Position numbers and translations under genes: made by a program. Shown here in pieces: positions 1-13,000 of a DNA stretch of 64,000 nt (position 1 is the first letter of the stretch; each line of letters begins with the position of its first letter). Below the pieces are notes generated by a model. That model saw only the letters and a program-made list of their open reading frames with translations, was not told the origin of the DNA and searched no databases. This DNA comes from Euglena gracilis. Lineage: Eukaryota. The stretch is from assembly GCA_039621445.1 (NCBI GenBank), contig CP154954.1, positions 30,632,395 to 30,696,394 on the forward strand. The letters are read 5' to 3'.

Positions 1-1773
1 CAGCCCCGGTGATAAGATCTGGGTGGTGGAGACCGAAGTGCAGAAGGTGAACGTCCACACGCAAGCCGTGGTGATGGCCGTGCAGCGGCTGGATCATATC
101 GTCTCGAAGGTGATCGTATCCTCCCAAGCCAAGGCGGTGCAGGTCATGCCCGCCAAGGCTCCGCCACCCCCGGCCGAGCAGCAGCCGGTGCCGGTGGCAC
201 TGCAGTCAGTGCCACAGGACAGAACGGTCCAGATGGAGAAGCCCATGCACGAGGGGTCCGCGGTGCGGGAGAAGCCGTTGTCCACCCTCCGACCAGCTCT
301 CCGGCTCGTCCGGAAGCAGGACGCGGCGGGAGGGGGCGGGGTGCCGTCCCTCTCCATTGCCCGCCTGACCACGCCGTCCACCGTCCCCGTCGCCAGCGCG
401 TCCGCGGTGCGAGAGGTCCGCATCGCCCCGGTGCAGGCCCAGCCAGCGGCCCTGCACTTCCTCCCGGCGCCGCTGGTGGACTCCGTCATCGGCCTCCACC
501 CGGGCCGGTTCTCCGGGCATCCGGAGGAATGGCCGCAGTGGCGGAGGCGGTGGCTCGGGAACTCGAGCAGGCGTGGCCATCCATCACGTCAGCCCAGCGT
601 CTCGCCATGTTCCGCGCGGCTTTGGACGAGGCCACGGTGCTGATGCTGGACGAGGAGATCGAGACCAAGGGAGAGGTGGAGTATGCCGTGGTGTTCGCGG
701 AGGTGGACCTGGCGAACGGCGTTGAGGACAAGGAGGTCCTGCGGCGGCGAATGACGAAGCTGAAGCTGGTGACGAGCGGGAAGCTGACCGAGAAGTCCTG
801 GAGGGAGTATTACGCGCAGATGGCGTCCTTCGCGAGGCAGGTGGGCATGGAGGAGCAGGAGCTGGGGAAGCTCCTCGTGGAGGCCATGCCCCTCCACCCC
901 TGGCGCCGGAAGGTGGCGCAAGAGTAGGACAAGCGGGTGGACCACCGGTCCATCGTGCTGGAGGGCCTGCCGATGGACACGACGGTGGAGGAGGTAAAGG
1001 AGATGATCAAGCAAGAGACCACAGTGGCCCCCGCCTCAGTGCGGAAGGCGGGGCGCCGCTTCGTGGTGATGCCAGTGGGCGACGGCACCGCACCCTGGTG
1101 AAGGCCGTGTACAACCGCCAGCGGCTCGAGGGCGGCAGCACCGTCACGGTGACGGCCGACTCGTGCGACCTACCGGCGAAGGACATCCACAACCTCATGG
1201 TGAGATGGCTGCGGATGGAGGCGAAGATGGCCCCCGAGAAGGAGAAGGAGATCCCGGAGAAGTGGCCTGTACCACGGTGGCAGCGGGACGTGGAGGTCGA
1301 CGACACCACCGTGGAGCCGTACATCCAATAGGTGGAGAAGACGAATGTGCCGCCGAAGAAGGAGAAGCAAGCGCAGCAACCACGCCCGCTGACGCCGCCG
1401 GTGCCCGCGCCCCAAGGCAAAGGACAAGGCCAAGAGGGACGTGGGTACCCGGAGCAGTGGTCATCGAGCCCATGGACGAGTGAAGAAGGAAAAGGAAAGG
1501 GTGGATACCAAGCCGAGCAGTGGTCATCGAGTGCATGGCAAGGAAATGAAGGAAAAGGAAAAGGTGGTGGGTACCAAGGCGAGCAGTGGACATCGAATGC
1601 CCCAAGACAAGATGAAGGCGAAGGAAAAGGCAAGGCGAAAGGTGGAGCCAAAGGATATCAAGGAAAATGAAAGTCCAAGGGCAAAGGCAAGGACGGCAAG
1701 AGCAACGTCTCGGCCGTCCAGGAGCAGTATCATGAGTGACGGGGCCACCCAGGCCCCAGGGATGGGGGTCTGG
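1..1773 (+). mobile_element. Gypsy element A, 5' part (gag region), interrupted by element B
   Basis: GC-rich gag-like ORF fragments. The sequence and reading frame rejoin at 14822 once B and one CTGG TSD copy are removed. Confidence 0.85.
23..1739 (+). pseudogene. gag: gag of element A (frameshifts and stops)
   Basis: FSGHPEEWPQWRRRW capsid-like motif resembles FSGKSQDWQQF in element C gag. The C-terminus has GKG/EQWSS repeats and ends at TGA 1737-1739. Confidence 0.7.
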
Positions 1774-2870
1774 TGTTTCACACCCGTGCTGCCATGTCCC
1801 ACGGCAGTACTGGGGTGAAGCGGATACCCCCGCCCCGGGCCAGTTTCCGGCGTAGGATCGTTTTTTGGCTCCTCGAGCCGACTTGTGTCGGAAATTTTTT
1901 CCCATTCTGCACTCCCCTGTGGCCGAAACTGGGCCATCATTTACAAGGAGAAACTTCCCAGTGGACCCTCCCCGACCCCTGAGGGGGGTGCCACTGGGAT
2001 CTCCAAGGGGGGTGACTTTGGGGTTTCAACCCGTCCCTGCTCAGTTGAACCGGTGAGAGCCAACACCCCCCCTGGGTGTCATTTCTCACAGTTTCTGGGC
2101 CAAAAAGGGGGTTTTGGGGTGACATTTGGCCAGTGGTTGCCTGAGTTGAAGAGTCCCACCCCCGTGCCCCTTTTCCCACAGATGAGGTGGGGGGAAGACA
2201 AACCTCACCTTCTTCAAATGATTGATTGTTCTCAATTGGACTTTCCATTTGCAAATGTAATTCCAACACTTGAATTCACAATGATAACTGTTTGTAATTG
2301 CAACAATTGACAATGCCAAGGGGTAAAAAGAGGAAAACCCTGTGAGAGGAAAACGATTTTGATGCCCCTGATGGGCAGTTAAAATTAGGATTGAGTGCGC
2401 TGATTCCTAAGCGCTCTCAGATCCCAAATCCTGGCCCATTGCACCACAATCAACCAACCCAAGTCAAAATCAAGGTTTCCACCCTTGATTTTGATAAATT
2501 ATGCTGAATTCCATCATTATTGAGCTTTGCAAACCCCTGCAAAAGCTCCAGGAACTCAGGCGCCAATCTCTTAAAATTCCGTTCCAAGCGCTTGCAAGCG
2601 CTCTCACCAAATCCAACATTTTCCCTTAAAACCAAAGGAAAAATGCAGAAAAGGCTTAAAAACATGCTAAATAGACCCAAAATCACCCTTTAGGAATACC
2701 TAGCATCACTCAATCTCTCTCCTTGCACAACCAAACCATGGGCGCCCTAGGAGAGGGAATTTTAATTAAAATCTTTAGAAAGCCTTAAAATTAGAGCTAA
2801 ACCGCCCTTAGAAAGGCCTTCTAAAAAGAAAAAACTCCGCCGCCCGGCGGTGGACCTCAAAAGGTCGTCT
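1774..2870 (-). repeat. 3' LTR of element B
   Basis: Direct repeat of 13725-14821; about 22 substitutions and no indels by manual comparison (~98%). Confidence 0.95.
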
Positions 2871-2881
2871 CTCCCTTCCTT
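2871..2881 (-). promoter_or_regulatory. Polypurine tract of element B
   Basis: AAGGAAGGGAG on the minus strand immediately before the 3' LTR. Confidence 0.75.
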
Positions 2882-3227
2882 GCGACGAAAGTCGGGGGTG
2901 TCACCCCCCCTCCTTCTCGCTTTCTTTGGGGTGGGAATGAAAGACACTTTGAATTTTTTCAACGCAAATGCGATAACATTGTTCGGCAATGTGCATAAGT
3001 GGCGTAACGGTATGGAGGAATCTATAACCCATAGATCCCATTCCACCACACCGAGCTCCCCCCCACGGTTCTCACCACCGTGAAAAGAAATGGGGGTCCA
3101 ACACCACTCAAACAAAATCCTTTCTTGAATAGATAAACATCAGCCCCCCCCCCCAAGGTATTCCCAACCGTGAAGGGAATGCAGGGTCCATTATCACCAA
3201 AAATCCTTTCGGTGATAGATGAAAATC

Positions 3228-3460
3228 AGCCCCCCCCCCCCCGAGGGGAAGGCCTTGGGCAAAAGCTTGCCCCCCCCCCGGCGAGAGGTGGGCTTGACTT
3301 GCCCCCCCCTGAGGGGAAGGACTTGGGGAAAAGATTGCCCCCCCCCCGGCGAGAGGTGGGCTTCACTTGCCCCCCCCCCCCGAGGGTAAAGCCTTGGGCA
3401 ACCGCCCCCCCCCCCGGGCAAAGGGAGGGCTTGCCTTTCCCCCCCCCGGCGGGGAGGTTG
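3228..3460. repeat. Degenerate tandem repeat (~65-70 bp unit, 3-4 copies) in the 3' UTR of B
   Basis: Recurring (C)n-gagggXaagg-cttggg...(C)n-ggcgagaggtgggctt units. Confidence 0.75.
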
Positions 3461-4733
3461 AACAACTCACCTCTTTTTTTTGGATGAAATAACATAGCCC
3501 CCTCCCTGATCAAGCCGACCGGGGTTTCGGGCCTCACTTGCCCAAAGGTGGGGGTATGATAAAATAGCCAATCAAACCGATTGGACAGGGACCCCCCCCA
3601 CGAGTACCACCGACCCGTGGGAAGGGAAATGAGGGTGGAACCACCCATTCAAAGCCCACCGCCTTGAATCTGGGTCGCCCCCCCCCCATTGAAACAAATT
3701 CACAGATTCCTCTTTCGGGACAGGGAGGGTGCAAACAAAGAGTGTGCGGTGTCGAGGTCAGGATAGAGAGTGGCATGGGTAGGTCGATAAAATTACGATC
3801 TCCACTCGTTCACTCCACATGCTCCTCGTAGACCAATACCAGAAAGCAACTCCTTGAAATAGTTTGAACTCCGTCTTCAGTTCATCCAATTCAGAGTCCC
3901 AGACTTCAAATTGATAATACGTCCTGAGTAGGTGAACAAAACGGAGAGTGATGGTTGCCAGAGCCAAACGCCTCGTCGAAGTTCGGGGTGTTGGGCTTCG
4001 GCGTCTTCCTTGGGTGCCGGTTTGCCTCCCCTTAGTGTGGTGGCAAACCATGCACACCGTTATGGGGGGGGTTCCTTCCCCCACTTGAAAATTTGGCACT
4101 TAGCCCAGCCAAACCGACAGGTCAATCTCAAAACCACATTGTCAATTACCCCCCTCCTCCAATACTTGGAGAAGGTTGTCAAGAGAACAAACCCACGGTT
4201 GTGCTTCCGGTGGTTTGTCCTCTTTAAGAAATTTTGGTGAAACTTCCAATCCGGAATCCACCCACAACAACATAAACAAAACGGGTGGCAATCATGCACT
4301 CTTTCAACGTTTTGCTTTTGTTGTTGTTGGCAATATCCCTTCCTGTTCCAGGGTGGGATCTTTTGATTGGAAAACACCCACCCGTACAAAAAAATAAGGT
4401 TCCCGGCTAGTTTCCCCCTAGCCACGAGAATCCTTCATTCACCGTTGAAATCCTTTCACGGGAGTTCAATGGAAAATGGCAAAAAATCAACAGGGGCAAT
4501 GAAATGTCCTCGATTGCCCACACCAGCCTCACCCAAACCAGGGTGTAGTGGTGAATGAAAACCTCAGGGGGAGAAAAAAAAAATGAAACCAGTGACGAGG
4601 AAACTCCCGTCATTTATCCCAGGGCCTCAGCCCTGTGATGGGGTCCACCTGCATCTGTGAAGGGGCATAGAATGGGACCCCCTCCCCAGGCAACCACTCC
4701 AGGCCCTTTTTCACCTCTCCTTTCCCCCTTTTT

Positions 4734-4935
4734 TCAGGTTGCCGTTGCCTTTAAATCCTTAGAGACATCTAACGGCAACCCTTTTCCCAGGCAATACGTT
4801 ATTACGTCGCTATTGTACTCCTGGAAAAAATGTTCCACCGGTTCCCAATTCGCCTCCTCAATCCCTTTCCACTTCGTTAAGAAAAACATTTTTCCCTTAA
4901 CGAACTTGTGGTTTAGGATTTTATCCACTAACCAG
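4734..4935 (-). pseudogene. Integrase C-terminal chromodomain of B
   Basis: WLVDKILNHK...FLTKWKGIEEANWEP chromodomain pattern. Confidence 0.85.
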
Positions 4936-6183
4936 GTATCTGGGGCACCTTCCGCCTCAGGTACTGTCCGCCGGTGGAAAAACAGGGGGACAGGCTTATC
5001 AGATGTGGGGTCCTCCACATACACCTTTAAAGCCTTCCGATGGGCCTTCATAATACAGCCCGGTTTAACCTCAATTAGGTAGGAGTGAATTCCCCCCTTG
5101 CGGTAACCTTGCAAGGGCCCAACCAACGGGAATCCAATTTTGTGCCACTATCGGGGGGTCTCAGGTACGACACCAGATTCCCCACCTCCAATGGCTCCCA
5201 ACCGTCTAAACCACGGTTGGCCCAAGCACATTGTTTGGCATGCAAATTATTCATTTTGCCAGCCACTACCAAATCAATTTCTCTTTGCCGAGAGAAAAAT
5301 GATCTGGCATCTTCACAATCCCTTAACGGTTCATAAGGTAAACCACCCAATGAACGGTGTCGACCGAACAAGATTTGAAATGGGCTTAGGCCACTCTCCC
5401 CCGGCGTATCATGGATACGGTCTAGTGCTTGGGGGAGGGCTTCAACCCAATTCAACTTGTCCTCAACCTGAATTTTCTTAAGCCGTTCCATTATTTGTTG
5501 GCCAGCCCTCTCCGCCCTACCATTCGCCTGGTGATGGTAGGCCTGGGTATCCAACCGGAGTGACGATCCACACACACAACCGTGGAGTCGTAAGAATTCC
5601 CTTCCCACTCCACGAGAGGCATGCTAAACATGTCAAGGGCCACCGAATACATTACGGCTGGGGGTATGGGTGTAGATTCCACTAAACCCTTAAGACTCGC
5701 CGGCCTTCGGCACGCTTGGCAAGTCCCACAAAGGCCCATGACTCCTTTAGCAAAATCTCGAGCGAGTGAGGAATCAGCCCAATCATACCTATGGGACATG
5801 CATTCCCATAGCCTTGGGAATCCCACATGCCCTTGGTATGAGTGGTGATCCCGAATGAGTTTTTCTTGGAGAGATTTGGGCACACAAAGCCTCTCCTCGA
5901 AAAACATTTTGTCACCAAAAACCTTGACATTTTCAGGCCACGGCACCTTTGAATCCTGGGTAGCCTGAAAAATTGGTGACCAACAGGGACATTTTAAATA
6001 TTAGTAGTAGGCTTGCCTAATTCCCATCAAGGCACACATTGTCTGCCACCAACCGGCGACAAAATGTGAGCCTAGATCGGAAGTAATAATGGATGGGACA
6101 CCAAAAGGTCTCCAAGCATGCAACAGCATTTGCTTGGCTGCCTTGGCTCCCGTAAATCCTTTTGCTAGGTGGGGGATCGCCAC
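4936..6183 (-). pseudogene. Integrase of B (rearranged)
   Basis: HHSYQGH...CGTCQAC zinc finger, VALDMF, ITSDLGSHF, QANGRAER, WLGPC. Confidence 0.9.
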
Positions 6184-6422
6184 TCCTCCTTCCATGATAA
6201 ATCCCACACAGAACCAGGGGGGATGGGTGAGGAATCGGTTGTAGAAGTGGCTTCCCCCTCCTCACCACTCAAACCACCTGAAGACAACACAGGTGATTCT
6301 CGGTCTGCCCCAGGTACCTCAGTGGTAGCCGCAGCAGCAGGTTCAGGGGTTGGCGTCGTTGGTGAAGCTGGTATAGAAGTGGGTGTCAATGGAAAATGCT
6401 CCCCCCTTGGCTCTTGGACATC

Positions 6423-8290
6423 CTACACAAGACTTGTCTCATTCCCAAACTCGTCAACCCGAGTTGAGAATGAAACATGTTTTCCTTTTTCTCCCTTGGG
6501 GGTGGAGGTTGAACCCAACCCCTGGGGTTTTGTTCCTCCAAGTGGTTCTGACTTCCTATCCCCCGGTCGTATGCACCGTCCACCCGCGTCCCCGGACCCC
6601 GTGGTAGCACCACCCCGTGTGGTGACTCCACGAATGTATGTGTTGGCTGTGGTTGGTTGGTCCACCAACCGTAGCCACATACATTCTGTTTCTTCCAATT
6701 TTTCTGTTTGAATGATTTCCCTCATTTCCTCGGTGTCAAGGGCTGACCCATGCCTTGAAATGTCCTTCAAGGCTTGGGAGGCCTGGTAAGCACATCTTGA
6801 CAACAAATCGGCTATGGTATTCTCCAGCCCCGGGATATACCCAACCGACAGATCAAATTTTGATAATATTTGATGCCACCTAGCCCCTCTCTCAATGGGA
6901 CCACTTGGTGTGTCTAGAACCTCTCCAGCCCAAGATTCTAGAGCCTTGTGGTCCGTGAGAACCAGGACGGGCTGCAGCCCAATCCATGATTCCCACTTTT
7001 GTAAGGCTAGGATTATGGCATAAGTCTCCTGTTCCCTAGGTACCCAGTTTTTTTGGCTGCCCGTTAGCTTCCTACTCATGAAGGCGACAGGCACAGTTCG
7101 CTTGGCCCGTACGTCTTCTGGAGTAGGAGCCCTGTCCTCCCCAACCAATTGTTCAAGGGTGGCACCAACCGCATACTGGCTGGCATCCACTCTTAAAACA
7201 AATGGTTTGTCTGGCTTAACGTGTTGTAAAATTAATTCACTGCACAACAGTGATTTAATTTTTTCAAATGCCTCAATGTCGGATGGTTGCCAAGAAATCC
7301 TTTTCTTGGAACCCTTCTTGCCGTCCACTCGTGAAACTTTGAGCTTATCCTGAAGGCAAGCGACAATGTGGGCATAATCCTTCACATAGGAGCTGTAATA
7401 ATTTGTGAACCCCAAAAAGGCACGTAGACTCGTGATTGTTTGGGGTAGCTCCCATTTTTCAATGGCCATTAGCTTTCCAGGGGATGGTTTTCTCACCCCA
7501 CCACCCAGAACATGGCCACAAAACTCAACCTCTTTTACGAAAAGACGGCATTTTCTTTTGTCGGCCACAAATCTGTCTTTTCGTAAAACTTCAAGGACTC
7601 TTCGCAAATCCTTGTCATGTGCTGCGAGTAAATCCTCACCAGGACCCACTCGAGTTCCAATCAAAATATCGTCGATGTAAGCATCAGCCACGTCCCCCAC
7701 CGGGAAGAGGCGATCCTCCATCATTTGCTGAAAGTTCTGGCTTGCGTTCGTTAGACCCATCACATTAACCCTCCACTGAAAAAGACCGAGGGTGGTACTA
7801 CAACATGTGATGGGCAGGCTTTCCGGGTCCAACGGCTGCTGGTGGAAAGCCTGCCGTAAGTCCAAGATGGAAAACATCATGTTTCCACCTTGTTTTACCA
7901 GGAGGTCTTCAATTACAGGAAGGGGGTAGGACACACGCCTAGTTTGACTGTTAGGCCCCCGCATGTCTACCACTCCCCTCCATTCACCTCCTTTTTCGGC
8001 ACTACAAATGTTACGGACAGCCATTCCGAAACTGTTCCCTTGGGTAATCGCTCAACAAATTTCCGGTCCCACCATTCCTGTGTGACCTTTTTGTGAGCTT
8101 CAAATCTTTCACCATGTAATACAAAAGGTTTTTGCCTTGTGGGTACAGCCCCCTCCTTCAGAGGAATCTGGGCGTAACCATAAGGTCCCTGAACGGGAGG
8201 GTCGGGGGGTACCTCCGTACCCAACACCTCTCCTTCAAAATCCTGAAAATTTTTATCCCGAAATGCTACCACCCTGGGGTCTTCCTTCTC
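6423..8290 (-). pseudogene. pol: Reverse transcriptase-RNase H of B
   Basis: LDLRQAFHQ, VMGLTNA, YIDD, LRAFLG, VDASQYAVG, LTDHKAL; frameshift near 8000. Confidence 0.95.
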
Positions 8291-8599
8291 ACCCGAGTCG
8301 CGAGCCTGGATTATGGCATTCACTGCCTTGTCCTCGGCTGGCGATTCGGTGAGATGCTTGGCTATGGTATGCAATTCCTTCTTGCCAAGGAATTTTGGTT
8401 GCATATCAAAGCCTTGCAAGGGTAGGTGCAAATTCATTTTTTGCAGGTCCAACCACACCTTTTCATTTTCAAGGGACTCCGTGGTTGGTGCGTTTTCAGG
8501 GGATTCTCCGAAGTCAGAAACCACAACCCCAATTCTTTTTTGTGAATTGTGTTTTTTCTTCCCCTTATGGGATTTCCGTTTCTGATTTCTTGTATCCCA

Positions 8600-9000
8600 C
8601 CCGTACAAGAAAGTCAGATTAGGATTGTCAAAAACCAAAGCCTTATGGTGTGGGAACACACCCAAACCATGTTCGGCTAACCATGGAAATGATAATATAG
8701 CATCTACCTCAATATCCGCGAGGTAGAATTCCCCTTCGAGGTACAAGGCCTGGGTGCCCCCCTGCCCCGTACCCCTGCATTGAAACCCCAACTCCAACTT
8801 AATACACTGGTCGCCCCCCAAAACACATTGGCCATTGGCAGCCACCAGCCGAATAGGCATTCGTGGTGACCTGGCCAAATGTTTTGGAACAATGGACCTT
8901 TTGACCAGGTTCACCTGGGCTCCCGTGTCCACCAAAACTTTGAACTGCCTGGTAACACCGTTAGGGAGATACGTCTGTGATGACATCAAAAGTTGCAGCT
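8600..9000 (-). pseudogene. Aspartic protease of B
   Basis: VLVDTGAQVNL and DAILSFPWL motifs. Confidence 0.9.
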
Positions 9001-9139
9001 CGTTTTCAATGGGCAACACCTGATTAACCTTCAAGGTGTTGGCCAAATGACAACAGCGGTCTGGAATTTCCCATTCCTCAAAATCCTGGGAATTTTGGGA
9101 AATTTCTTTGGGCTGTCCCCCCAGAATATCCCCAGCACT

Positions 9140-9731
9140 TAGGAGATAATCAATCACCAGGGGGGGTATTCTTCCTTTTTGTCGGGGGGTAAACTTCATT
9201 TTTCTGCCCCCCAACAATTCACGGTGCCGGAGTTGCCCATTGTCCCCCATCACCAGGTTAGGACACGATTCGCCATCACACAACACCGACCGTAATTGTG
9301 AAATGGCTGGGCAGCACCAGAAGCGTGTGGGCTTTTTATAACCCCAATCTGAAAACTGACAATAATCAATGTCGATATAGGGCAGGTTTTTCACCACCTC
9401 CCTATTTCGCAAAAGACCAGTGCGGGGGTTCTCCACCCACCACAACTTTGGCTGAAAATAATTTATAATTTCCAGGGCTTTCTCCACCAGGGCATCCGCC
9501 TGGGAGAAATCCCTTGGCCTGGGGTTATAAGCCGTGGAATAAATATTACAGGGGGGACTAGCGGCAATAACCTCAAAAAATCCAACCGGTATCGCCTGTA
9601 GTCCCAGGTCAAAATGTCTGTGTGGGGGTGGAAGTCCGTCCAAGGAGCATTTTCGGTTGACAAAACTTCATACCCCCGTTCTGCCAATCGCCTCCCCACT
9701 GAACCTGTGCCAGCAAATAAATTTAATGCCT
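9140..9731 (-). pseudogene. DNA cytosine-C5 methyltransferase domain of B (frameshifted)
   Basis: Motif I ALNLFAGTGS, motif IV ASPPC, motif VI ENP, YKKPTRFW. Confidence 0.88.
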
Positions 9732-10008
9732 GAGGTCGCTGAGCTGATGGTGGGGAGTTGGGCTGTGGCAGGTTTGTATGCAAAATGGGAACACTTGAAC
9801 ATTTCCCTTCCCTCCAGAAGTAACGAGTCCGATTCAAAGATCTGGGGGGCTGATCCAAAGAATGTTTTTCACCACACCCTGAATCAGCCATAAAATCCTT
9901 GTACAGCCCAGGTTTTTGAATCAGAAATGTTTGCACTGTTTTCCTCACAGGGGGGAGAGACACGGCCATGTGCAGCCCCCCCCTTCTCACACTGCCCCTG
10001 GCCCCCTC

Positions 10009-13000
10009 CTATTGGGCCCCAGGGGAAGAAGAGGTGGGCCCACCCCCCTTTGACCATGCACCCCCCTTGCCTGAGGAATTTCGCTGAGAGGCTGGCTGCC
10101 CTTTACCCTTGGGCTGCCCCTTGCCTTTTCCATTATTTTGCCAAAATCCCTTAGATTTAGCAAGGGCCTCACTCAGCGGTTTATCGCATTCACAAAAATA
10201 ATGCCCGCACTCCCCACAGTTGAAGCATGGATATGGGGACCTGCCCCTACCCGATGCCTGCGTGGTCCAGGTCTGCCCCCCCTTGCCTTGCCGGGCTGGG
10301 GGTGCTGGACGTTGGGTTCGCGACCATGAAGCTGCACCTGGCCGCGAAGACGAAGAAGGGGACCTGCCCCGCTGGGCTGGCTGGGCTGGCCCCTTATCTC
10401 CCTTTGGAGCTGGCTGTGGGGCAGATTTTGAGGTGTGACCCTGCCCCCCAGCCGCTGGTGTTGACACAGAGGTTGGGGACACCGGGGGGTTTGGCCTTTT
10501 TCCAACACCTGTATTTTCCCTGAGCCTTTTGTTGTCGATTTACTGAATAATCTGGGAAAATGGTGCTGATTCAAAGCCAAAGCCTGCTTCTCCCGAAGAG
10601 CTAACTTGCCCTCGGAAAAAGCAAACATTTCCTCAACGGTCATTAGTTGTTACACCAATTCAGCGTTGAGGAAATTTTCCATTCCCTGCAATTTCCTTCC
10701 ATTTAGGGCTGTTAATTTCAGTGCCTCCTCCGAAGAACTGAAAAAAATAAGGCAAATGGCACCAGGGTTTTTGATAACCACCTTCCGTGGATCAATCCCC
10801 CCAGTGATCTGGCTCACACTCCTTTTAATCCCATCCACCGTGGGATTTGGTATCCCTGTTAACCTGACAATGGGTTGTTTACGGGCTCGGTTATCTTCCT
10901 CTTCTATGCAAAACTTGCTTAAAAAAGGAGGAATTCTTTCCAAAAATAATCGCCGAGCCTCCCCGGCTGTGGCATCCTTAACATGGTGCCAGGCACTGCA
11001 AAATTTAATCCAAAATTCTTGCAGATCAGCCCGGGTAACTTTTCCTTCGTTTACCATAGTTACCTCCTGCCATATTTTCCGAGCTGTTAGCCCCTTACTC
11101 GAGGCATAACGGTTCTGGAACTGAGCCAATATGGTGGGGTAACTTAATTTAGCTCCATTCAACCGATAGAGCCTGATTTCCTCCCTTAATCTGGGTCCTA
11201 AACATGCCTGAAAAACCTGCAGCTTTTGCAAATCAGAATACGGTTTCCCTGATGTCAACCTGTCCCAGTAAAGATTCCAATCTACTTCAAAATCTTGCCA
11301 GTAAATGCTGCCCGATTCATCAAAATAGGGCTTAGCACCTCTCTGCAAAATTTCAAAAGCTACTGGGTCACCGATAAAAGGATAACCCAACCCGTTACCT
11401 GGGTTGGCTGCAGCCCCCCCCTGTCCCGATGGGCCTAATCGAGAAAGCAGGGGCTGCAGAAACATGTGGTGGGGACACACAATGACACAGAAGAAACCAC
11501 TGCCGTGTCTTGCGTGTCCTCCAAAACAAATCCCCCCTCAATCACTAAGGGAGGGGAAATGTTTGAACCTGCAGATTTATTTTGAGAAATAATCTGATCT
11601 GAAAAAGATGGGTCAGCACTGGGCACCGTGCTGGCCAGTGAGCTGGAAGGCTGCCCCAGGGGCTGCTGCTGTCCAGCCGACGGCAGGCTCAGCCCCATTG
11701 GCAGCCCGTGAGCAGGCTGCGGCTGGCCTGCTGGCTGGCCAGGCTGCTGGGCTAGCTGGACGACGGGCTGCTGGGCCAGCTGCTGCCCAGGCTGTGGCAG
11801 CCCAACTGGGTGTAGGGGCTGCTGGCTGCCCTGCCGCAGCCACCACATGTCAGAAATTTTTTGCAAAACCCCTTTCGGTTCTGCAGTTGGGTGTACGGGT
11901 CCATTTTTTTTGTAAATCCTGCAGCACTTTCTGTAACTCGAAAGTGTTCCCCCCAACTTTTGCAAGTCCCTGCCTTAATTCCTCCACCAGCCCACCAAAT
12001 TTATTCTCCTGGGAAAAACTCTGCTGATAAACACTCTGAAAATTCTGCTGACAATCCGTCAACAGTTTTTGCATTTCTGAGTGTCGTTTCTCTACTTCAT
12101 CTGAAATATTCTGGTGCACTTTTTGAATACCCCCACCAAAACCATGGAGGGCTGTATTCATCGCTGAATTTTGTTCACCCAGCTGGCGAACATAATCAGC
12201 GAACTGATGGAGCTGCTGAGCCTGGTCCTGTACCGTACTACGCAGCGATACCAGGTCAGCCTGAACTTCAATGATCTTGGCAGCGACAACGGCCAGCTCC
12301 TGGAGAGTTTCTGCCTCCCCCACCTGAGCTGGCTGGGCGGCTTTAAAATTCTCAGCAAACCGCTGAAAATTTTCAAGCACGACATCCTTAATTGGTAAGG
12401 CCGCCACCTGACTTTGCACTTGCTTCAAAATTTCCTGTGGCAGGCTGTCCAAAATTCGTAAAATTTCCTGCCTCAGGGCCAAAAACTGATCACGGCTCGA
12501 AGAAAACTGCTGGGCCAGTTTTTCCTCAAACCTTTTTTCCTGACTGACAAAAAGTTCAAGTGCCTGTGCGTCAATTTTTGGCACAGAAATTTGCACCTGG
12601 GCCTCACATATTTTCTCAAAACGTTGAAAAAGCTGCAGGTAGTCAGCCCTGGCCGTTTCTTGGATTCGTGCACCCATGTGCTCCACAGGTGGATGTCGAC
12701 TGCGGGGGGTTGTTGCTGCTGCTGCTGCTGCAGAACCCACTCTTTGTTGGCTTTTTCCAAAGCCAAAACCCGAAATGTCAGGTGCTGCACAGTCCACTGG
12801 AGGTCTCTGTTACTTTGTAAAAATTGCCCCCAGGGGTCTTGAAATCCCTGATTTTGTGAATCCCCCCTGGGGGTGGCTTCAGAACTTTCATAGGCTGGGG
12901 GTTGGACCTCCTCCTCATCCCCCTCGATGAAAATATGAGGAGGCTGGGGGGCTGCAGCAGCTGCTGGCTGACCGTGATCAACCTCACGGTGCAGCCGTTT

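Noticed and set aside
1774-2870. 'Copy-the-neighbouring-base' mutation bias between the B LTRs
   Set aside because: About 17 of 22 differences have an allele matching a neighbour, close to the ~75% expected by chance without polarising the changes.
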